From positions 1,364,001 through 1,428,000 of the forward strand of contig JBLDXI010000028.1 in the NCBI GenBank assembly GCA_047495785.1: 64,000 bases of DNA, written 5' to 3'. Origin of the DNA: Lepidodermella squamata (Eukaryota > Animalia > Gastrotricha). Positions 28,401-39,505 of this stretch are shown here, in pieces; within the stretch, counting starts at the first letter, position 1; each line of letters starts with the position of its first letter. The notes below the pieces were generated by a model. That model was not told the DNA's origin and searched no databases. It was given only the letters and a program-made list of their open reading frames with translations. Position numbers and translations under genes: made by a program.

Positions 28401-31061
28401 GAACTTCAGTGCTGGAACATCTTTTTCTAATGTGCAAAAATGTGGATCCACTAATTTATTAAACGTTACGTGGAAATGCATAAATATGCGCGTAGGCAGT
28501 AAAAAAATAAAATTGGTCAAGTATTCAAAATATTGAACGAATGCATCGAATACTCACCCCTTATAATCTGATACAGCTCATCACTTGCATCTTACTCACA
28601 CCAAGGATCCCCTTGGCAATATGGAATAATTGTAAATTATATTGACAATAGTTGTAAATAACTTTATCGAAAAGCAAACCTCTTGCTCAAACTTGGTGAT
28701 CTCTTGTCCGATGAGCAAGGAGTTTACTTCAAAATAGAGAGTTCGCTTCTGCGGTACCTGTTTTTGTTGTTGGAAACTTCGTAATAACGCGTTTGATTTC
28801 TTTGTAAGAAGGTCCATCGTGAGATGATTCCATTCGAACGAAAATAACTTGATTACTATATTACGCTATTACGGGAATATCCTCGATAGCCCTTGAGATC
28901 GTTGAGCCTGTAATGGACAGTTGGTAAACAACATTTCCCAATCGATAATCTGGCTTCTGCGGTAAGAGAACGTAGTTTGATATCTCATACCAACCCGATG
29001 TTGTCCATTCGGCGTTGATTTTGTTCATAGCCTTGAGCGTTAAGGCTATTACGAACTTTTTCACCAACCCAGGACGCCAGACAGCTCGACGTGATCGAGC
29101 ATACCTTCAGGCGATCGCGACCGATCCTGTGATCAGCGATGAAGCGAGCGCTTTGATTAGGCGAAATCGCCTTCGTGTGGCGAAGAAAATGGCGAATAAA
29201 AATATATAGATTGTTTGGCTAATAATGCTCCACTTGGCTTTCGATGCCAAACCAATTAAAGGTTTTTACGTTCATGAAAAATTCATGAGAACGATCTTCG
29301 ATAAAAAAACACAGTGAATCGATGTAGGTAAGAGTTTTTTCGATAATAAAACGTTTAGAAAATTTTAAATTCAGACTTTGGAGTTTTTCGACAATCATTT
29401 GTTTCGTTACAAAAAAAATTTTTAGCTATGAAGGCAAAACCTTTGCGACCGTATTTTACAGGTTGTTGCTGGCGAACCTGAATCTTAGCTTTTGCCACTT
29501 TGATGGGCCGCGGTGGGGGCTTGATCAGCCGACTGTCAGACGTTTGTTGAACAGTCTGATTTTGACGATTGTTGAAAGCCGGCGGTCTGGGTGGCGGTTT
29601 TCTCAAAATTTTAACTGATTCAACGATCTGCTCGGCGGACGGCATTGATTCGGCGACATCGTCTTCATGTGAGGAAGATATTTCTTACAAAGCCGACCCA
29701 GTCAGAAAAAATTAAATCGAAAATTATTTCAGGGGTAGTACTATATGACGGATACTTGGTAATAGGAAAATCTTGAACAGGAACCGCTTGTCAAACAGGC
29801 TAGTTAGGCGACCGTCGACTTCGTCTCAACTTGTCACATTGGTTATTTTCGAGCCAACGGCGCAGCCGCGGTAGAATTTTCGATAGTTGCATGATAGATG
29901 TCGTGAAGTGAATGTATAAAAAATCGAATTGATGTAAAACAGTAAGAATTTTGAGGTGAAATCCTCGTCTAGCAGAATCATTTCTTCGTCCGAGCTCATT
30001 GTCGAGAAAAAGCAAAAAATATGTTAGTTACTCGAGAAATATGATTGTTTGTTCGGTCTCTGTTGAGGTTGCCGATTTTATACTGGTCCTACGCGTGGTC
30101 AGCCTCTACCTGGCCCGCAGTAATCATTTTAATTGATGATTAATTAAAAATTGAGAATGCTGGTTCCAGGCCACAAATTATATTTCGTTAGAGATAGGCC
30201 TACGAATTGGCTCGCCTCTGTGGGGCCATAGACAATTCATCTGGCGATATTTAAAAAATAAATTATGTGATTAATTTCGGAAAAAAAGTAATTTACTGTC
30301 AACAAAAGATGGGTTATTAAACTTATTTTTCAATTATTTTCATTTTTGGGAAAATCTTGTTCTGAAACTGAAATTACGAAATTTTGCTACACGCCTCCAA
30401 ATGATCAATTTATATTTATTTTTAGGTTCTTTTGTTCGACGTTTCAATTGATGAAAACAACATCGCGGCCGAAATTTGGCAAGTCGTGAGCGCGAAACTC
30501 GCAACCGAACTCGGTCTCGTGGTTACGCAACACGCGAGCAGCGATACTAAATCAACAGCAGGAGCCGCGCCGCCGCCGCCGGCCGACGCAATGGCCCTGC
30601 CGATGTTTGTTCCCGCCATAAATTCAAATCTCGCGCCAAATTCATCGCAGCAGCAACAAGGCGATAATAGTAAACAACAGCAAGTGCTCGTCAGGCTGAA
30701 CTGCACGGCTCGGTATCGCACGTGGAAAGCGCGCGAAGAAGCGGCGACCGCGTTACGCCGCGCCGGGTCATGCCCGACAGGCCCGGGACTAAGCAGCTGC
30801 GAACCGCTCGTCGACGATTACGGCCTCGCTTTTGAAACGCAAATCAGCAAATTCGCGGCGTTTTCGTGCGAGAATGGGATTAGCAGTGATCCTGTTAATT
30901 TTAGTGTGCTAGTGCTGAGGGCGGTGGATGCGAAGGGACAGGATGAATTGAGGCTCGAAATGGCTGTGCCCGGTGAGGCGCCCAGTCACCCGCCCAGTTT
31001 CTTCTCATCTATCAGTGCTTTGTTAACTAAACGCTTTATTGACTCGATTGGATTTTTGTAA
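19499..31061 (+). CDS. TUT1: TUT1/Star-PAP-like terminal nucleotidyltransferase; exons 19499-19589, 19819-20012, 22633-23167, 24729-25690, 27795-28187, 30426-31061
   Basis: Zinc finger CTICNAACQNQ|ESYQQHVQGKRH, RRM (TIYVSG...CFAFVEF), NTase LFGSKVSTLGLRSSDVDLVL, ARIPIVR, QLDIS, IRYWAK, LTSYAL, and PAP-associated F..FFDFY...QDPIELVRNV. The ZF-RRM-NTase-PAP-associated order is the TUT1 architecture. Confidence 0.85.
20818..21338 (-). mobile_element. Ty1/copia-type gag (UBN2-like) fragment in TUT1 intron 2
   Basis: DPQAMWAALKAHFELTSAATESRLLARFHSFAMAPGATLAAHLRDFAQLLQALENAGMSIEE...ALFHSLPPS fits the copia gag pattern. Frameshifted at the 5' end; no pol or LTR seen. Confidence 0.75.
21492..22061 (-). 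pseudogene. Unidentified three-exon gene-like unit nested antisense in TUT1 intron 2
   Basis: ATG at 22061 (MATEEQPGPF...), two short GT-AG intron-like gaps, last exon ...WFEKSLFGLRYSSELRL...VCWDLLNDD*. The first junction needs a 1-nt frameshift. Confidence 0.35.
23782..24033 (-). mobile_element. hAT transposase C-terminal dimerisation domain fragment in TUT1 intron 3
   Basis: FPTLSTAAKWLFCIPASSEPCERLFSRPGYLTNRCRGRL...LEETLCL matches the hATC motif (P.L...A...L.IPASS...ER.FS..G.....R.RL). Confidence 0.85.
26187..26368. mobile_element. 182-bp palindromic MITE, TA TSD (Tc1/mariner-type)
   Basis: TA|CAGGGTGGCCAAAAAATT...AATTTTTTGGCCACCCTG|TA. Inverted arms of about 80 bp with scattered mismatches. 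Confidence 0.9.
26753..27696 (-). pseudogene. YqaJ-like (lambda-exonuclease / viral alkaline exonuclease family) pseudogene nested in TUT1 intron 4
   Basis: Manual translation: ATG 27696, one frame with stops to ...GRWMDYRWGRITASGISEF, GT-AG intron, AVND*KPTMSMIKGVFQTGSDL, probable second intron, RGVNSIKHGRQFEEIALDVLAKRCNLKLVKFGLVHDARGVLGASPD*. The motifs W..R.GRITAS, G...E..A and GL....LGASPD are in canonical order. Truncated before E-x-K. Confidence 0.8.
28596..29999 (-). pseudogene. Decayed nested gene in TUT1 intron 5 with an RPA70-like OB-fold-like segment (28861-29067)
   Basis: TATA-like box at approx. 30076-30082, ATG 29999 (MSSDEEMILLDEDF), Pro/Lys-rich segment 29355-29645, then GWYEISNYVLLPQKPDYRLGNVVYQLSITGSTISRAIED. 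By eye this resembles RPA1 DBD-A (KVYYFSKGTLKIANKQF...YEMTF...T.V..CED). Confidence 0.4.
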
Positions 31062-31458
31062 TAAAATGAAGAATTTTGATGAAATTTCAGATTTACTTCT
31101 GGGTTCTTCCGAAACGCAGAGAAAGATGTTGAGCAACTGAACGAAAATTTGAAATGAAAATGAAGAAATTGTGAAAAATAATTTTTAAGGTAGAATTTTT
31201 CGAAAACTGTTTCTGCTGCTTTCACTCGCCAACCACAGAAAATCCTAACACTGAATTCCCGTCCCCAAAACGGAATTAAGCAAAAGACGAGAACTGATGA
31301 AATGTTCAAAAATGTTTATTGCGTTTTTTCAGTTGTTTTTATAGCAAAGTCGAGTCATCGGTATCAAAGAGCGTTCAAAATCGAATACAAAAACAGTAAA
31401 ACACGAGGAGGCGCACAAAACAGTTTATGGGCGAAGAGAAGAGAGACACGATTATAAA

Positions 31459-32162
31459 TTACGCCTTAGCAGCAGCCTTGGGCGCGGCGGCCTTCTTCGC
31501 GGCAACTTTCGGCTTCTTCGCAGCGGCCTTCTTGGGTTTCGCGGCGGTCGCCTTCTTCGCCTTCGGAGCCTTGGGCTTCTTGGGCGAGGAAGCGGCCTTT
31601 TTGGCAGACTTGGGCTTGGCAGCCTTCTTCGCCTGAAATACACAGAAGAAATTAGAACAAGCCGAATAACTAAAATGAATAAATTTACCTTAGCGGGCTT
31701 AGCAGCAGGAGCAGCGGCGGCAGTTTCACCAGCAGCAGCGGGCGCGGCTTCGGTCTTCTTGGCAGCCTTCTTCACGCCAGTCTTCTTAGCCTTGGTGCCG
31801 GCCTTCTTCGCCTTGGGCGCTTTCGGCTTGGCGGCCTTCTTCACCTTCTTCTCGACCTTCTTCTCGCCAACCTTGAACGAGCCCTTGACTTGCACGAGCG
31901 CCTTGGCCGTGACGAGGCGTTTGAAAGCGAGGCGCAGGTGGGCGTTGATCTTCTTCTCGTCCTTGCCAACGTTGAAGTGAGCCTGGATGTACTTGGCGAT
32001 GGCCTGGCGAGACGAACCGCCGCGTTCCTTCAGAGCAGTGATAGCAGCGACGATCATGTCAGCGTACTTCGGGTGAGCAGCAGGCGCCTTGGGCTTCGCG
32101 GTCTTGGTCTTCTTGACGGCCTTGGCGGGCGCGGCAACAGCGGGAGCAGCAGCATCAGTCAT
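31459..32162 (-). CDS. Linker histone H1 with one intron (31633-31688)
   Basis: Globular domain HPKYADMIVAAITALKERGGSSRQAIAKYI...LVQVKGSFKV and K/A/P-rich tails. Splicing restores the tail frame. AATAAA on the minus strand at approx. 31315-31320. Confidence 0.95.
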
Positions 32163-32690
32163 TTTGTTGATGAAGTGTTGTCGAAAACGAACGAACGAAT
32201 AAACACGAGAGAAAGAGAATGCGCGATGTGAGCGAGTGATGATGTTTATGCGCCGTAATGACCGAGCTATTTATACGAGCACGCGCACGCGGCCGACGGA
32301 CCTCGCCGTAGTGCGCACAAGTGAGAGTTTATGTGCGCGCACGAAAATAATACTGTGCTACACCTGTGATCGCGATCACTTCGATTTCTTCCGATCCTTA
32401 CATCGAAACATCGAACAACCTACATCAATCTATAGCCAGATAAATTTCCTATCCGCCCATATCAGTTTCATCAAGGCGCAAGTTGGAGGAGTAACAAATT
32501 TTATGCGCTAAAGATGAAATTTCATGTTTTTCCAGACCCTTCTGCACAAAATCACGTGTTTAATTGAATTTTTATCGATTATCGAAAGTTTTATTTCAAC
32601 AATCACCTTTACCAATGTGTTGAGAAGTATGTAATGATAAGTTATCATAAATTAAGTTGGATAAAATTTGCAAAAATTACGCTAAAAACG

Positions 32691-34804
32691 TCAATATTGC
32701 GGCGGCAGGTCGGGCACGTTCTGAACGATCCAGTCTGCGAATTTTCCCACGGCCACGTAGACGCCTGTTTCAAGTGTTAACCGTTATTATAGCCATAAAA
32801 ACATAAGTTAACACGATAATTACCGGGTAAATTCGGCTGGGCACAGGAGAAGCCGAATGACACGATACCCACCACTGACCAAATGGTAGGGAAATTGCCT
32901 TGCCTACAAACCAGAGGCCCGCCGCTGGAATAGAGTGACTAAAACTTGTGGAATTTATTAATACTACTGCTGACTCACCTGTCTCCTGAACAACTATCGA
33001 TGCCGCCTTGAGGATAACCAGCGCAAAACTAGAGGAAATATATTAAAACATGCCGTAGTATTTTTTGAAAGAATATACCATATTTTCAGTCAGCAATTTT
33101 CCGAAACGCTGATCCATCGACCGGCAGTTGGCGTCGGATAAAATCGGAACAGGCGCTTGTTTCAAAAACCCTTCACCGCCCGTGTTCATAGTTGTCCCTT
33201 GATTAGATTGATTTTATATATTTTTTAATATTGCTTCAATCGATATTTGCTCACCAAATCCTGTTACGAAACAAAACGTGCCCGGCTCAGGTACGCGTTT
33301 AGGCAAACACACCGGGCTGACGTAGGTGTTCATAGCCACGCCGGGTTCTTTCAGCCTTAAAATCGCCACATCCGAATCGTAGCGGCTTTTCTGGCCGTAC
33401 ATAGGATGGATTGTTACTTTTTCCAAACCAAGGATTTGCTGCGTCTCCGGCTCGTTCTCATCTCGACTAACACGACCAAAAATGACCTAATTTTTCCAAT
33501 CAAAAAAAATTGATTAGGTTCTTCTCAAATATAGCGAGAATTTTGAAAGCTTACCGTGTAGAGTTGGGGATTAGTAGACAGAGCGAAGCAGTGAGCTGCG
33601 GTCATGACATGCAGGCGAGACAATAAAATGACGCCGCATTCGTGTTTATCGCCCCGGTACCGCAAACTGCCCTGCCACGGCCAACTGTACGGCCTCGCTA
33701 CGTTTCCGCCAACAATCTGCAACAGTTTTGGCGTCGTCTGCACTGTGCAATGAAAATTATGCAAAATTTATGCTTAAATACGCGATAAACTCCCGTTTTA
33801 ATGTTTCTTTACCATAGAGAAAAACCAGTTTTAAAAAAATGTTGTTAGTATTCACGTACATGTCGGCGCATCGTTCGACTCTAGTGGCTTGAAAAACGGG
33901 TAGCCGCACACGGTCTGGTTGCCGAAATCAACGACGGCCGTGTCTGGAGCAGATCTTTTCGTGGAAGCGGCAACTGTCGATGCGGGATAAGTAAAATCAT
34001 CTGCGGGCCGCGTTGTTGAAATAGCGGTTGTTGTAGTCGACAGCGTATCATTATTATCGGCTACCCCTAAATTGCGAAAAAATTCAATTTTAAAACAAAA
34101 ATCTTGAATATTATATAAAATCTGAAAATTTAAATTGGTCTCATTTGCAATTTAAATATATTTTCAGATTTTACATACCTAATATTAAAATTAAAATCTA
34201 TTATAACTAATTGCTTTTTTTCATTTTCATTCGATCGAAAAATTTGGAAAAATACCATCGTTGCAAGGTATCGGTTTAGCGTAGCCTAAAAATCCCTGCT
34301 GAGGCAGCTGAGCCGACGGCCCGGGCGATTCGCTGTAGAAAACCACGTGAAGCCGACTGCCGGTTGTTCGAATCGGATCGGGAAGTTGCGCCGGGGCCCC
34401 GCACATGCGCATCAGTTGCTTCGAGCTCGGTGTTGAACCGTCGAAAGCAGCCAGATAACCGCTGTAACACGCGGCCGCGTAATCTACGGCAAATCTTTCA
34501 AGCTTAAATTCAATACAGCTCCCTCTAGCAACGGCTACAAAAAATTACGAAAAATTCTGTAAATAATTGAAAAATTAAGAAAATTGAGTAAGTTACCTAC
34601 TAGCCATTTCAAATTGGCTGGTTGATCTCCGGGTTTAAATCTCGGAGTTTGTACCGTGATCACTGGCTGTTGGGCATTCAGTGGGTTAGCATCTCGACCT
34701 TCAGCTTCAAATTCGTCATGGGCCGGCAGTAAGATGTATTGCGGCGGATTCGCCGTAACAACGGAGCAACAAAAAATAACTGATAAAATTAACAAATTTA
34801 TCAT
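32691..34804 (-). CDS. Secreted CUB-domain trypsin-like (S1A) serine protease, multi-exon
   Basis: Signal peptide [21 protein letters not shown] (C..GYLAAFDG....MCG....[15 protein letters not shown]), Thr-rich linker, [35 protein letters not shown]|GGPL. Confidence 0.88.
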
Positions 34805-35126
34805 TTTTCAAATAAAACGAGGTATCGAAATTGTCAAAACGCTCAATTTCAATGATAAAAGTCTGAGAAAATTCCAGCACGCGCCCACAAACCGTGACCT
34901 TATGTCGCAGCTCGACGGCCACGTGATCATATTAAAAATAAATAGTTCAGGAAAATTTAATAAAATTTCGTAATCCTTTTTATTTTTGCTTAAATCAGCT
35001 GCGATTCAAATCGATCATTAGGTTTATTTTATTTTCGATAGTTAACGCTGAAATTGGATAAAATTCGTATCGCTTAAAACAAGCTTTGTCAAGTTTTTAA
35101 GGTTAAAACCAGCTTTTGTCTGATTT

Positions 35127-35954
35127 TTACTGGTCGAAATGGGCGCCGAGCACCTCACGGAGGGCCCACTGGACGAGTTCAGCAGCGCGTGCCTTCTGCT
35201 CAGGCGTGAACTTGACGAAGGTCGGATTGTTGTCCATGCGAGCCTTGGCGATCTCGAGCGCCTGCTGGTAGAATTTAGCCACCAAGTCGTTGGCGGTCGC
35301 TTCGCCGGTTTCGCGGCGCTTGCGGCCCAAAATGCCGAGGCATTGGACAATGAGGCTCTTGATGATGTCAGTCGGCGGCATTTGACCCTTGGCCAACATG
35401 GAAATGGCCTGGCCGAGAGAATCCAACAGCTGAGCACTGACCTGTAAAATTGAAAAAATTGATAACAAAAATTTAAAAAAATTTCTTGATAAATTTGATT
35501 TTAATTTAAATAAAATAAAATGAATTTTGAAAAATTCTTACGCTGATGCCGGTGTTGACTAGGTTGACAAGGCTGTTGTAGAGATCGGTCAGGTATTTAA
35601 GAAGGCGGCTAATCATGCCTCGCTGGGTCTTGCGAACGTACGACTGAACATCGGGCGAATCTTCAAGGCTCGAATAAGAACTCGGTCCGTTGATGCTTTC
35701 AATCAGTTTTGCAACCAGGAAATCGACCAAGTTGTTGATCTCATCGGTAATGCCAATAATCACTGCGGAAGAATTAGTTTAAAACTTGGTAATAAATTAC
35801 AGTATTTTTACTAACAATTTTTGATGAGATCGGCCAGAAATTGGTTCAGGTTGAAGCCGCTTAAGTCGGGCAGGCGAACCTCGGCCTGGGGTTCGGCGAC
35901 CGGGGCGCAATAGCCGACGGCCAAAAGGGCGCATAGTGCAACTACAAATTTCAT
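35127..35954 (-). CDS. Orphan secreted helical precursor protein, 3 exons
   Basis: MKFVVALCALLAVGYCAP signal peptide, two GT-AG introns in frame, GC3-rich codons, internal GRKRR. Confidence 0.75.
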
Positions 35955-36341
35955 TTTTTTATACACACCGAAAAAACTGTATATAATTATTTGAGGACGA
36001 AAACTGAAGAAGTGGTCTGTTTTTATCTCGTTTTCGAAACGCCTCTTTTTGGCGACATGCCGTGAGAACGCACCGTGATAACGCCACTATGCTTCGGGTC
36101 ACGGCGAGAACACCGGAAATTCGTGATAAAGAAATTTATCGAAAAAATTAATTGCGACAAAAAAATGCAAATTTAATTGCGTCTAGTCGCGCCGAATAAT
36201 TTATTATATCGCACAAAAATAAATTATTGCCTAATTAACCTATCTTGATTGAAAGCTAATTTCAAGAACTGAGATTGAGAGCCAATTTGTTTCATCACAT
36301 AAATAAGTTGAACAACCAAAATTCCAAATTTTCTTGGTCTT

Positions 36342-37637
36342 CTAGTGATGAGTCGGATCCGGGTGATCGGGTGTTCGATCATGCTCTTCGAGTTCACGTT
36401 CATACTGCAGCAGTTCCTCCTCGGTATAAACCGGACCCGTTTCATCAATAGTCTTCCAACCCTCGTCATGCGTATACTCTTTATCATCGGTTGATTGCAA
36501 GAATTCGTCCTTAGATATCAGATAATCTTGATCTTGATCGAGTCGATGAACATATTCTTCGCGCATCCTATTCATTTCTTCATAACGCTCGACCATATCG
36601 TGATCGGACGCATTGGGTCCGTAGACTTTATCCAGCTCATGTACGAACATAGCCTCAATTTCGGTCGGATCCCAATAACCGTCATCATTTATGTCTGAAA
36701 TTGAAAAAATTCCCAAAAAATAATTCAAAAATTCATATTTTTTACCGTGAAGTTTGAAGAAGGTTTTAGGATTGAATTCCTCCTTATCGAGATGGTCAAT
36801 ATCCTCCCAAACCTCCTCGAGTTGAGCCTTACTGCCGGGGTGATGTAGCGGCTCATGTTTCATCTCCTGTTCATGTTCTTCCTTATGCTTTTGCTTTTCC
36901 TTAGCCTGCTCCTCGGCCGTCATATTTTTGATATGATCGCGAAATTCATGCTCCTTTTCCATTTCGTACTTTTTGAATTCTTCGCGTCGCTTCTTGTCAA
37001 TAGCCTCCATGTCTCTCGTCGATTTTTTGATGAGCCGTTTAAGATCCTTCCGGCTAAAGGTCTCCCAATCTCGGTGGTCGATATGATCGGCAAAATCGAT
37101 CTTCAAAGGATTTTTGTCTGAAAACAAAAATTATTGATATAATTTTAATTTTAATTTTATATAAATTTTATGAAAATTCGAAAATCCATTTGACTTACGA
37201 TCTTTATCCATAGCAATGAGTTGAGCTTCTTTATGCGCGATTTCTCGAAGGCGTTGAACCTCGCGGCGTTTTATCTCATCCAACTTCGAGCGAACGTTAT
37301 GGCTGAGCAGATCAACGATACGCGAGACATTTTTAGGCTTCGCGATTTCTTCAGCTGTCATATTGGCGATGATTTTTTGGAATGTATCATCCTCCTCCAG
37401 CGCACTGACCACCTCACGGTAGTAGCGAGCGTACTCGAGGTCCGACTCGATCGTCTCATCATCTCGCGTATCTTGCGTGGTTGTTTTGAGAGTTGTAGTA
37501 GTGGGGGGTTGATTATTAACTTGATTCGGAATATGAGCCGTAGTTGTCCCAGTCGTTGGCGCCACAGTGTTCACGGGAGGCGCCACGATTTGCTGGACCA
37601 AAGCGAAAACCAAGGTTGAAAAAATTAAAATTTTCAT
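36342..37637 (-). CDS. Nucleobindin paralogue A; exons 37637-37199, 37117-36746, 36694-36342
   Basis: Signal peptide, LEYARYYREVVSALEED, VRSKLDEIKRREVQRLR, HHPGSKAQLEEVWE, FNPKTFFKLH|DINDDGYWD (EF-hand 1), DQDQDYLISKDEF (EF-hand 2). Confidence 0.93.
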
Positions 37638-39505
37638 TTTGAAAATTTGAATTGAACGTTCGGTTATTTCAGTTCTAGTGTCTAGTCTCTATTATATCAA
37701 TAGAGAAAATATGAAGTGAACTGATGACGAGTGCAGTGATGCGAGAAGACCCGGTGGGCGACGTGTTCATTTCAACAACAATCAGCCGGCAATACATATT
37801 TGTTTAGCTGCGCCTTTTTTGCCGAAAACAAAGTTATAGCGTGGAATATCCGATATTTGGGTGCTACTAACGCACTCGACAATTCGGCTTTTGCCACGTC
37901 AACCTTTCAGTCGATTTGTTCAGCAGAACTCCAACTAAAATCTTTTGCTAGGTATTCAGACTCTAAAATCCTCGGAAATATATAAGGTCCAAATCCTAAC
38001 TTTAGGACTCGCCTCCCAAAAATATGTTCCGAGCAGGTTTAGGGATGGTATTACTACTAGGGTTCTAAGATTGTTGGAACGGGCATACTCAATGATTTTA
38101 AAATGTCGGTATTGGATGATGACAGAATTATTGAACAGAAATTCAAATAAATAAACTTCAAATTCAAAATATTTTGTTTTATCCGATCATATCGAATCCA
38201 AAATACTATCATCATTAGTTTTAATTTGGATTAGTGACAAGGTTGACCGGATCGAAAGAAAAGTGGAAACCTTGGAGTTTTTAAACATTTGAATGGGTGA
38301 TCCTGGCGGGCCAATTTTTCTACCACAGGTAGCTCTGAGGTATGGCTAACGCCAGGTAATGGCTTATTCATTGTTCATTGTTGCGTAACAAAAATTGCAA
38401 ATTTACTTTTTTCCTTCCATAACAACCATGTGAGCCGTGGAAAATGAAGTGAATTTTTTGTTATGGAAATTCTTTGATTATTTTATATCCCGTTTATTAA
38501 ATACTTGGCAAGTATATTGCGCGGCCAGGGATATAATGTCACTGAGGAAGGACATTGTGTAGCCAGCAACGGCTATTCTCGACCTAATTTCCTTTGCCGA
38601 TATATTCTGAGAAGTTAATAGTGAAAAGTGGTTGCGAATTTTACACTTTCTCGCGCCAATTTCTGAGAGTTCAGGGGTTTTTCAGCGGCTAACCAGGCGG
38701 CCTTCCAGTAAAAAATTCCAGTAGAACAAAGTACAAACAAATTAGCAAAAAATCCTCATTTACGCCGTTCAACTTTTTATTTAACCATATCTTCTCGGTT
38801 ACAATTGCAACAAAATCGGAAAAACGCGGAATAATCATCGCACAGGCCCCAAAATAATCGCACGAATAAATATCAGACTGATATCCAAGGCTTATTTGTT
38901 AACCGTATTTTTACTTCATCAGATTTCTAAACAGGCACGATCTGTTATATCGCAACCTATACGACAAATATCGAAGACCAAGCCATAAAAGTACCAGGGT
39001 TATAGAACGAAAGAGGCAAGGCGGTTCATCCTCAACATGTCAACTCGAGTGATAATAATTTTTATGCATTTTTATCACAAATATATTATAATAAATAACC
39101 GACAACCCATAGAAAGAAAGAGACGAACACGAGAAGATTTTTTCAAGTCAATTTTTCATCGCCAAGAGCAGATCCATTCAAGAGCACATCAAGAATACTT
39201 GACATTTTATATATCAAATAATGAAGGTACCAAATAACGAATAGGAGGGAAGTGCGAAGCACCGAAATAAGACGCGGAGCAATAAATAACAATTTTCGAT
39301 ATTTTAATGAATTTAATTCTGATAGTTCGCTACCAATTAGCAGTTGATTTTTTGGTGTGGTTGTTGTGCTTTAGTTTTCACTCTCGAAGAATCAATCACA
39401 ATCGATAATAATAAATATTAAAAAATTCTATTCCATGATTGATCGAGAAATTGACCGAGATTCTAGCGAAAAAATGTCCAGAATCAGGTCAAATCTCCGA
39501 AATTT

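Noticed and set aside
37705-37775. CTGATGA flanked by complementary TGAAGTGAA/TTCATTTCA
   Set aside because: No GAAA core or stem II/III geometry. It lies in the nucleobindin A promoter region.
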